Source of the DNA: Myxococcota bacterium
Lineage (GTDB): Bacteria; Myxococcota_A; UBA9160; UBA6930
Length of the DNA: 64,000 bases
Assembly (NCBI GenBank): GCA_965223415.1
Contig: OZ245002.1
Coordinates: forward strand, 4,736,001 to 4,800,000
Reading direction: 5' to 3'
The notes under the pieces are model-generated. The model saw only the letters and a list, made by a program, of their open reading frames with translations, was not told the origin of the DNA and made no database searches. Made by a program: the position numbers and the translations under genes. This document shows, piece after piece, positions 28,541 through 36,132 of the stretch. Numbering within the stretch: the stretch's first letter is position 1; each line of letters begins with the position of its first letter.

Positions 28541-29827
28541 GTGAGGGAGGGGGGCGTGGGGCAGCGGCGACTGAGGCAGGAGGAAGTGATGACGATCGAA
28601 GTGCTGCACGAGCGGGGGTGCTCGAACCGGGAGATCGCCCGCCAGCTGGGGATCCGGGAGAGCGCGGTGCGCTACCGGCTGAAGCGGCTGGCGGAGGGGG
28701 CGCGAGACGGCCGGAGCGGGAAGCCCTTCCTGGCCGAGGCGGTCCACGAGGTGATCGCGGAGTGGCTGGAGGCGAGCTCGGGAGGCCGTGGCGTGAACCT
28801 GCAGGAGCTTCACGAGTTCCTGGTGGAGGAGCACGGGTACACGGGGAGCTCCAAGAGCGTGCAGCGGTACGTGCGGGCCCGGTTCCCGAGACCGAAGGTG
28901 CGGAGCCGGCGTCGGGTGGAGACACCGCCCGGGGCGCAGGGTCAGGTGGACTGGGGCGAGTTTCCGGGCGTGCGGATCGGGGGCCAGGAGGTGGACCTGC
29001 ATGCCTTCCACCTGGTGCTCTCGCACTCGCGGCGAGAAGCGGTGGTGTGGTCGGAGCGGGCGGACACGCTGGCGTGGCTGGACGTGCACAACCGGGCCTT
29101 CGAGCGGCTGGGCGGGGTGCCGGCGGTGCTGCGGGTCGACAACGTGAAGACAGCGGTGGCGAAGGGGGCGGGGCCATGGGGGACGGTGAACCCGGCTTAC
29201 GCGAGCTATGCCGGGGCCCTTCGCTTCCACGTGGACGCCACCCGTCCCCGCCAGCCGCAGGAGAAGGGGAAGGTGGAGCGTCGGATCCTGGGGCACCGGC
29301 GGGGCTTCGATCCGCGTCGGCGGGAGCACGAGAGCCTGGAGTCGCTGCAAGCGTGGACGGACGGCCAGGTGGCGCGCTCGAGCCACCGGCGGCAGTGCCC
29401 GGCGACGGGCACGACGGTCTTCCAGGCGTGGGAGGCGGAGAAGCCCCATCTCGGGGCCCTGCCCGAGCGGCTTCCCGAGCCCTTCGACCTGGCCGTGATG
29501 CGACGTGTCGGGCGCGACGCCACGGTGCGCTTCGAGGGGCGTACCTACAGCGTCCCCTTCCGCTTCGTCGAGCAGAGCGTCGAGGTGCGCGGCTGCGCCC
29601 GGCAGGTGCAGGTCTGGGCCGAGGGCTCGGTGGTGGCCGCGCACCCGCGCCACACGCGAAGCCGCCTGCTGCTGGACCCGAGCCACTACGAGGGGCCGAG
29701 CACGGAGGGGGTGGAGGCGCCCGTACCGCTCGGGCGCATGGGTCGACGCCTCCAGGAGCTGTGGGCGATGGAGCCGGAGCAGCGGCCGATCGACCTCTAT
29801 GCCGATCTGGCGGAGGTGGCGCGATGA
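28541..29827 (+). CDS. istA: IS21 transposase IstA
   Basis: HTH SNREIARQLGI, ETPPGAQGQVDW, VDNVK, KGKVER; alternative start at 28589. Confidence 0.93.
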   Translation: MREGGVGQRRLRQEEVMTIEVLHERGCSNREIARQLGIRESAVRYRLKRLAEGARDGRSGKPFLAEAVHEVIAEWLEASSGGRGVNLQELHEFLVEEHGYTGSSKSVQRYVRARFPRPKVRSRRRVETPPGAQGQVDWGEFPGVRIGGQEVDLHAFHLVLSHSRREAVVWSERADTLAWLDVHNRAFERLGGVPAVLRVDNVKTAVAKGAGPWGTVNPAYASYAGALRFHVDATRPRQPQEKGKVERRILGHRRGFDPRRREHESLESLQAWTDGQVARSSHRRQCPATGTTVFQAWEAEKPHLGALPERLPEPFDLAVMRRVGRDATVRFEGRTYSVPFRFVEQSVEVRGCARQVQVWAEGSVVAAHPRHTRSRLLLDPSHYEGPSTEGVEAPVPLGRMGRRLQELWAMEPEQRPIDLYADLAEVAR

Positions 29828-30624
29828 CGGCGGGAAACCCGGTGCCCAAGAAGGGCGGCAAGGTGGATCTCGACCCGACCCGCGAGCGGCTCGTGCGCCT
29901 CGGCCTCCATCACGCGGCCGAGCACATCGGCGAGGAGCTGGCCCGAGCGACCAAGGACGACCTCGTGCCCCACCGCTTCCTCGACCTGCTGCTCGAGGCC
30001 GAGCTGCAGCACCGCGAGGAGCGGAGGATGAAGACCTCGCTCCGTCTCTCGGGCCTTCCCACGGGGCAGACCCTCGGCAACTTCGACTTCGCCTTCCAGC
30101 CGAGTGTGGAGCGGAGCCGGATCGAGACGCTGGGCACCTGCGCGTGGATCCGGGCCAAGGAGAGTCTGCTGATCCAGGGTCCGCCGGGAGTGGGCAAGAC
30201 CCACCTGGCGGTGGCCCTGGGGGTGCGGGCCGTGGAGAACGGCTTCTCCGTGGCCTTCCATCGCCTCGAGGACCTGCTGGCGGCCCTCAAGCGCGACGCC
30301 GAGATCAGCCCGCAACGGCTGCGGCGGCGCAAGCACATGAACGTGGCGCTCCTCGTCATCGACGAGGTCGGCTTCGAGCCCATGACGCGCCAGGAGGCGA
30401 GCCTCTTCTTCCGGCTCGTCTCCTACCGCTATGGGAGGGGCTCGATCCTGATCACCACGAACAAGGGCATCGCCGACTGGCCCGAGGTGCTGGCGGGCGA
30501 CGAGGTGCTGGCCACCGCCATCCTCGATCGCCTCCTCCACCACAGCCAGGTGCTCAACATCTCGGGGCGGAGCTACCGGCTCCGCGAGCTCGAGCAGGCC
30601 GCGGGGCAAAGCGCCCAGCGTTGA
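29824..30624 (+). CDS. istB: IS21 helper ATPase IstB
   Basis: FDFAFQP, GPPGVGKTHLA, LLVIDEVG, AILDRLLHH, GRSYR. Confidence 0.95.
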   Translation: MTAGNPVPKKGGKVDLDPTRERLVRLGLHHAAEHIGEELARATKDDLVPHRFLDLLLEAELQHREERRMKTSLRLSGLPTGQTLGNFDFAFQPSVERSRIETLGTCAWIRAKESLLIQGPPGVGKTHLAVALGVRAVENGFSVAFHRLEDLLAALKRDAEISPQRLRRRKHMNVALLVIDEVGFEPMTRQEASLFFRLVSYRYGRGSILITTNKGIADWPEVLAGDEVLATAILDRLLHHSQVLNISGRSYRLRELEQAAGQSAQR

Positions 30625-31105
30625 GGCCCCAGAGGGCGGCCTGACGGCCGTGCTCTCCTTCGGAGAGCGGAAGAGAAGAAGGAAGAACCGAACATCAACC
30701 CAGGGGGGTGCGCAAAACTAGCCGTCCTCTTAGCGCGCAAGAGATGACGTCCCTCGACAGTGACTTCCGCTCGGGGATCGAGGGCGTGATCTCGACGCTC
30801 AAGCGAGCGTTCCAGATGGACCGATGCACCTGGCGGGGCCTGGCGTCCTTCAAGGCCTATGTCTGGGCCAGTGTGACGAGCTTCAACCTCGTCGCCTTGG
30901 CCCGCCACCTGCTGACTCGCGAGTTCGCCTGAACCCCTGAGAGTGGTTCGGTCGGTGGACACGTGCGCCCGCGCATCGGAACACGGTCGCTCACTCACCC
31001 CGACGGCTCCGGGACTGCTGTGACATCGCTACTCTCAACGCCCGCGAAGACCGCCAACGATCCACTAAGAGGCCGACGAACGGCTCTTCTCGGACGGGAA
31101 GTAGG

Positions 31106-32245
31106 CTAGTGTCCTGTTCCAGAAGAAACCACTCGATTAGAATCGGAGTGGACGTCGAGGACGCGACCACAGTAGCGCCGCACACTCGCGAGGATCTGAT
31201 CCGCGGTCTTGGTCCAGACGAAGGGTCTCGGATCGTCGTTCGTCGTCTTCAGGAAGCTCCGGATGTCGTTCTCGAGCGCCCTCGTGCTGCGATGCACGCC
31301 GCGACGGATGCAACGCTCGGTGATGAGTGCAAAGAACCGCTCGACCTGATTCAGCCATGAGCTGTACGTCGGGGTGAAGTGCACGTGGAAACGAGGGTGG
31401 CGCGCGAGCCAGCTCCGAGTTCGCTTCGTCTTGTGCGTGGTGTAGTTGTCGAGCACGAGATGGATGTCGAGTTCGGCGGGTACGTTGTCGTCGATCGTCC
31501 TGAGGAACTTCAGGAACTCCTCCGTGCGGTGCCGGCGATGGAGGGATCCGATCACTTCGCCCGTTGCGATGTTGAGTGCGGCAAAGAGTGTCGTCGTGCC
31601 ATGGCGTAGGTATCCGTGTGTGCGCTGCTCCGCCCGGCCCGGTTGCATCGGCAAGACAGGCTGGTTCCGTTCCAGCGCTTGGATCTGCGATTTCTCGTCG
31701 ACGCAGAGGACGACCGCGTTCGCCGGCGGAGACATGTACAGGCCGACGATATCCACCACCTTGTCCACAAAATGGGGATCGTTGGAGAGCCGGAAGCGCT
31801 CGACTCGGTGCGGCTGGAGGCTGAATGCTCGCCAGATGCGATGAACCGTCGTCGTCGGGAGGCCTACCCGCTTCGCCATCAGGCGAACGGACCAGTGCGT
31901 CGCTCCCGTGGGCGTTTCCTCTAGCGTCAAGCGCACGACCTCATCGACCTGCTCGTCGGTCACCGTCCGGGGCGCTCCCGGCTTGGGCTCGTCGTAGAGC
32001 CCAGCGATCCGCTTTTCGACGAAGCGCTTGCGCCAGATCCCGACGGTCTCTCGTCGCTTGCCTACGCGTTCCGCGATTTCCCCATTCGTCAGCCCCTGCT
32101 CTGCGAGCAATACAATGCGCGAGCGGTAGGCCAACTGATGCGCGCTCTTCCGCCTTCTGGCGTGCGTCTGGAGCTCTTCTCGCTCCGCATCCGTCAGCAC
32201 AATCGGCGTCTTGGGCCGGCCACGATTCGCCATACGTCCCCCCAA
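31106..32245 (-). CDS. IS630-family transposase
   Basis: [46 protein letters not shown]. Confidence 0.95.
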   Translation of the reverse strand: MGGRMANRGRPKTPIVLTDAEREELQTHARRRKSAHQLAYRSRIVLLAEQGLTNGEIAERVGKRRETVGIWRKRFVEKRIAGLYDEPKPGAPRTVTDEQVDEVVRLTLEETPTGATHWSVRLMAKRVGLPTTTVHRIWRAFSLQPHRVERFRLSNDPHFVDKVVDIVGLYMSPPANAVVLCVDEKSQIQALERNQPVLPMQPGRAEQRTHGYLRHGTTTLFAALNIATGEVIGSLHRRHRTEEFLKFLRTIDDNVPAELDIHLVLDNYTTHKTKRTRSWLARHPRFHVHFTPTYSSWLNQVERFFALITERCIRRGVHRSTRALENDIRSFLKTTNDDPRPFVWTKTADQILASVRRYCGRVLDVHSDSNRVVSSGTGH

Positions 32246-32319
32246 CGTGATGCCGGTAAGATGCCCCCTGCACGTTGGGAGTTCGCACTATTTTGCGTAT
32301 TTTTTTCCGAAACAGGACA
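31110..32319 (-). mobile_element. IS630-family element
   Basis: IRs TGTCCTGTTCCAGAA / TTCCGAAACAGGACA, each abutting CTAG (31106-31109, 32320-32323). Confidence 0.9.
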
Positions 32320-32351
32320 CTAGCTTCGCGATCGCTGCCAGCCGAGGGCTC

Positions 32352-32379
32352 CAGAGGTTCGAGTCCGCTCGGAGCGCCA
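32352..32379 (+). repeat. Degenerate copy of tRNA-Arg 3' end (att-like direct repeat)
   Basis: CAGAGGTTCGAGTCCGCTCGGAGCGCCA vs tRNA 25381-25409 CAGAGGTTCGAGTCCTCTCGGGGGCGCCA. Confidence 0.8.
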
Positions 32380-32672
32380 ATGATTCCGGGACCCCAGGGC
32401 GGGTTCCGCCGGTCGCCGGCGCGGCGCCGCTGTCCCAGCAGGGCGTGAGGAAGCTGGGCAGCCCCTAGCGCTCGTGCAGGACACGGGTCGTCCCGCCAGG
32501 CTCGACGCTCTCTACCCTGAAGGCCAGCTCGCGCATCTTCCGTATCGATCCCTCGACCGCCAACCCTCGGTGGACACCCAAAACCGGCCATAGAAGGACG
32601 TCTGAAAAGCGGCCATAGGGGCTGACGCCCAGGACGTTGACGACGGCGAGGGACCTGCGATCCCCCGCCGCC

Positions 32673-34262
32673 ATGGCGAACCTTCTGGGCAACGAGAAAC
32701 GCGAGCAGATTCTGGCACTTGGCCGCCTCGGCTGGTCGCTTCGGCGGATCGAGGAGGCGACGGGCGTGCGCCGGGAGACGGCGAGCCGTTACCTCCGGGC
32801 CGCGGGGATCGCGGTGCGATCTCCTGGTCGCTGGGGGCACGGGGCCCCAAACCCGGCCATAGAGGCGTCCACCGACTCGAAGGCCCCGGCAAAAGCGGCC
32901 AAAGAGGCGTCCACCGATCCGGCCTGGCCGCCGATGCCGGGCCGGAGCCCCCAGGCCAGCGCCTGCGAGCCCTACCGCGAGTGGATCGAGGCGGGCGTGC
33001 GCCAGGGCCGGACGGCGATGGCGATCTGGCAGGACCTAGTCGATGACCACGGCTTCGCCTTCAGCTATGCGAGTGTGAAGCGCTTCGTGGCGAAGCAGCG
33101 AGCCGCGGCGCCGCGCGAGGCGCACCCGGTGATCGAGACGGCACCGGGAGAAGAGGGCCAGGTCGACTACGGCGACGGGCCGATGGTGCGGCATCCCGGG
33201 TCGGGGAAGTACCGGCGCACGAGGCTGTTCGTCTTCACCCTGGGCTACAGCCGCAAGTGCGTTCGGCTGCTCGTGTGGAAGTCGAGCAGCCAGGTCTGGT
33301 CGGAGCTGCACGAGAAGGCCTTCCGCCGGCTGGGCGGTGCACCGCGCACCGTCGTCCTCGACAACCTCAAGGAGGGCGTTCTCAAGCCCGACGTCTACGA
33401 CCCCGCGCTCAACCCCCTCTACCGCGATGTGCTCGCCCACTACGGCGTGACGGCGCTTCCGTGCCGGGTGCGCCACCCCGATCGCAAGGGGAAGGTCGAG
33501 TCCGGGGTGCGCCACGCGCAGCAGAAGGTCCGCGGGATGCGCTTCGAGTCGCTCGAGCAGGCCCAGGCCTACCTCGACCGCTGGGAGCGCCGATGGGCCG
33601 ACACCCGCATCCACGGCACGACCAAGCGCCAGGTGGCGGCGATGTACGAAGAGGAGAAGCCGCACCTGCTCGGGCTTCCCATCGAGCCCTTCCGCTACTA
33701 CCAGCACGGCGAGCGCACGGTGCACCTCGACGGGGCCATCGAGGTGGAGGGGGCCTACTACCACGCGCCGCCGGGCTGGCTGGGGCGGCGGGTGGCCGTC
33801 CAATGGGACGGGCTGCGGGTGCGGATGCTCGATCTGCAGACGGGGGAGCTGCTGCGCGAGCACGTCCGCCAGAGGCGGGGGCGCCGCAGGATGCGGGAGG
33901 AGGACCGCCCGAAGCGGACGCCGGCCACGACCCTCCAGCTGCTCGCGCGGGCCCGGCGCGCCGGCGTCCACGTGGGCGAGGTGTGTGAGGCGATCCATCG
34001 CCTGGACGGCGAGCCCGGGGTGCGTCGCATCCTGGGCGTGCTCTCCCTGTGCAAGCGCCACGGCATCCCTCGCGTCGACGATGCCTGCGCCACCGCCCTG
34101 GCCCTCGAGCTGCCCACCTACGCGTTCGTCAAGCGCTACCTGGAGCGTCAGCCCGAGCTGCCGCTCTCGCTCAAGCAGGTGGACCCGCTCATCCGCCAGC
34201 TCACCCACTACCGCGATCTCATCGATCGCCGCACCGAGGAGACCTCTCGTGAATCTGACTGA
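32673..34262 (+). CDS. istA: IS21 transposase IstA
   Basis: WSLRRIEEATGVRRET HTH, ETAPGEEGQVDYG, VLDNLKEGV, KGKVESGV. Confidence 0.93.
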   Translation: MANLLGNEKREQILALGRLGWSLRRIEEATGVRRETASRYLRAAGIAVRSPGRWGHGAPNPAIEASTDSKAPAKAAKEASTDPAWPPMPGRSPQASACEPYREWIEAGVRQGRTAMAIWQDLVDDHGFAFSYASVKRFVAKQRAAAPREAHPVIETAPGEEGQVDYGDGPMVRHPGSGKYRRTRLFVFTLGYSRKCVRLLVWKSSSQVWSELHEKAFRRLGGAPRTVVLDNLKEGVLKPDVYDPALNPLYRDVLAHYGVTALPCRVRHPDRKGKVESGVRHAQQKVRGMRFESLEQAQAYLDRWERRWADTRIHGTTKRQVAAMYEEEKPHLLGLPIEPFRYYQHGERTVHLDGAIEVEGAYYHAPPGWLGRRVAVQWDGLRVRMLDLQTGELLREHVRQRRGRRRMREEDRPKRTPATTLQLLARARRAGVHVGEVCEAIHRLDGEPGVRRILGVLSLCKRHGIPRVDDACATALALELPTYAFVKRYLERQPELPLSLKQVDPLIRQLTHYRDLIDRRTEETSRESD

Positions 34263-35010
34263 ACTCGATCCCGCACTGCGCAAGCTCCGGCTCTCGGGCA
34301 TGGCCGAGCATCTGGAGATGCGGCTCCTCGAAGCCCAGAAGGGCGAGTGGGCGGCCATCGACCTGCTCTCGGCGCTCGTCCAGGACGAGCTCGAGCGCCG
34401 GCAGGACCGACTGCTGGCCCGGCGCATCAAGCAGGCCCGCTTCCGCGACGCCAACCGGACCCTCAACGGCTTCGACTTCCGCTTCAATACGAAGATCGAT
34501 CGCGCCCTGGTCTTCGAGCTCGCCACGGGCCGCTTCCTCGAGCAAGCCGAGGACGCTGTCTTCCTCGGCCCGCCGGGCACGGGCAAGAGCCATCTCGCCC
34601 AGGCGATCGGCCTCGCCGTCATCCACCAGGGCCATCGCGTCGCCTACCGCGAGGTCCACGTCCTCCTCGAGGAACTCGCTGATGCGACCCTCGACGGCAC
34701 CCGCAAGGAGTACCTGGCCGAGATGGCGAGCGTGCCGCTGCTCATCCTTGACGACCTCGGCATGCGCAAGCTCCCCACCACGGCCGCCGAGGACCTGCTC
34801 GAGCTCATCATGCGCCGCTACGAGCGCACCAGCACCCTCGTCACCTCGAACCGACCCGTCGACGACTGGGGCCGGCTCCTCGGCGACACGGCAGCCGTCA
34901 CCGCCATGCTCGACCGCCTCCTCCACCACGGCCACCTGCTCAAGTGCGGACCCCGCAGCTGGCGCACCAAGAAGACCACGGCCTTGCCGAAGGAGGCTCC
35001 GGCGCGGTAG
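34249..35010 (+). CDS. istB: IS21 helper ATPase IstB
   Basis: LRLSGM, FDFRFN, GPPGTGKSHLA, LILDDLG, AMLDRLLHH. Confidence 0.94.
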   Translation: MNLTELDPALRKLRLSGMAEHLEMRLLEAQKGEWAAIDLLSALVQDELERRQDRLLARRIKQARFRDANRTLNGFDFRFNTKIDRALVFELATGRFLEQAEDAVFLGPPGTGKSHLAQAIGLAVIHQGHRVAYREVHVLLEELADATLDGTRKEYLAEMASVPLLILDDLGMRKLPTTAAEDLLELIMRRYERTSTLVTSNRPVDDWGRLLGDTAAVTAMLDRLLHHGHLLKCGPRSWRTKKTTALPKEAPAR

Positions 35011-35089
35011 AACCCCTCTGTCCTGGGCGCGGCCCTTTGGCCGCCTTTGAGACGTCCACCTTTGGCCGGTTTTCAGACGTCCACCGAGG

Positions 35090-35717
35090 TCTCGACGCGT
35101 GGTGCGCGCGCCTGGGTATCCGGCGAAGCGCGGCAGACCGGCTTGGCCAGTACCGGAGGCTGTGCGAGCGCCTCGCATCTGCTCGGGAGGAAGGCCAGGA
35201 GGCTGAGCAGGCCCTCTTTCTAGAAATCGGCCCCGAACGGCTGGCGAACGCCGTCCTGGAGGCGGCGGAGTGGCTCGACATCGAAGCCGGACTCGGCCAT
35301 CGGGAAGACGAAGGCGTCCGGTTCCGACTCCGTCGCGCGCTCAAGGGCCCCACAGACTCGCGAAGGAAAGCGCCGATACGGGAAGCAGCGATGCACAGAG
35401 TATGCAGTTCGAGCTACGCACCGGCGCGCACTTCGCGTTCGCGAGCCTTCCCGAACTCCACCTGCCCGAGGAGGAGGAGGATAGCGACCTCACGTTCGCG
35501 TTCGAGGGTGCCCAGTTCTTCGTGGAGGCAAAGCGCCCTCAGTCGGAGGCGGCGATTCCCGGGGCCGTCCGCGACGCGGTGCGCCAGCTCAAGCGACGAC
35601 TCGACGCTACGGAGCTCGTTGCATCCGGTCTCGCCGCCGTATCCGCGACGAAGGTGCTCAACCCGGGGAGGCCGGTTTGGCCTCGATAGTCTCGAAGAGT
35701 TCGACGAGTTGCTTTGA
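35090..35717 (+). pseudogene. 5'-truncated, frameshifted gene with PD-(D/E)xK-like motif
   Basis: ..LRRALKGP / ..QFEL..SDLTFAFEGAQFFVEAKRPQS spread over two frames; begins at IS end. Confidence 0.5.
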
Positions 35718-36018
35718 TGATCCTGGCATTCGCCCAAGGGCGGCCGGTGTAGCGATGCTCGTCTGGTGGGTTTCTTACGATCCGTTTGTGGATCTCCATG
35801 CTTCGAAGTGGGCCTAGTCGACAGAGCAAGGTGCCGTACATCCGCGCACGGAGTCGCATCTTCCAGAGTTCGTTCTCCGGGTCGAGTCCGTCTCGAATGG
35901 CAGCATCGAAGAGCTCTTGATCGCTGATACCGAGCTCGTTAGTGCGCTCACGAAGAAGTGCGAGGCCAGCGTCGTTTAGGTGAATCAGTTGTTCTCTTGG
36001 TGGGTAGGTGCTCTTCAT
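35539..36018 (-). CDS. Hypothetical protein (C-terminus overlaps opposite-strand pseudogene; may be a remnant)
   Basis: ATG preceded by GGAG; plausible N-terminal ~100 aa. Confidence 0.4.
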   Translation of the reverse strand: MKSTYPPREQLIHLNDAGLALLRERTNELGISDQELFDAAIRDGLDPENELWKMRLRARMYGTLLCRLGPLRSMEIHKRIVRNPPDEHRYTGRPWANARIIKATRRTLRDYRGQTGLPGLSTFVADTAARPDATSSVASSRRLSWRTASRTAPGIAASD

Positions 36019-36046
36019 GATCGATCTCCACAAACGGTTATGGCAC

Positions 36047-36118
36047 GAAACCGGATGCGGGTGACATCAAGATCGCCGCATCGCGATTCCTCACCCTCTG
36101 GTGGAATCGCGGGTGGCG
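36047..36118. repeat. 72-bp hairpin-containing repeat, copy 1
   Basis: GAAACCGGATGCGGGTGACATCAAGATCGCCGCATCGCGATTCCTCACCCTCTGGTGGAATCGCGGGTGGCG. Confidence 0.8.
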
Positions 36119-36132
36119 GGTCCAGCTTCGGC

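Larger units (their letters stand above)
28458..30759 (+). mobile_element. IS21-family element, copy A (2302 bp)
   Basis: Ends TGTCGCAGGACGT / ACGTCCCTCGACA; 5-bp target duplication GTGAC (28453-28457, 30760-30764). Confidence 0.95.
27279..30932 (+). pseudogene. DDE transposase split by IS21 insertion (27279-28457 + 30765-30932)
   Basis: SYRELEFHL, RADTTVVEANIH, KIVSIFEPH, DGGF; rejoins as RRLRD|FRSGIEGVISTLKRAF. Confidence 0.88.
27132..31105 (+). mobile_element. IS element (ISNCY/IS5-like DDE), interrupted by IS21 copy
   Basis: IRs GCTACTTCCCGTCCAAGAA / TTCTCGGACGGGAAGTAGG; flanked by CTAG at 27128-27131 and 31106-31109. Confidence 0.85.
32565..35089 (+). mobile_element. Second, distinct IS21-family element
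   Basis: IRs CCTCGGTGGACACCCAAAACCGGCCA / TGGCCGGTTTTCAGACGTCCACCGAGG with subterminal repeats; no target duplication seen. Confidence 0.88.

Noticed and set aside
32352..32379. A third tRNA gene
   Set aside because: Only a T-arm and 3' acceptor strand; no D or anticodon arm upstream
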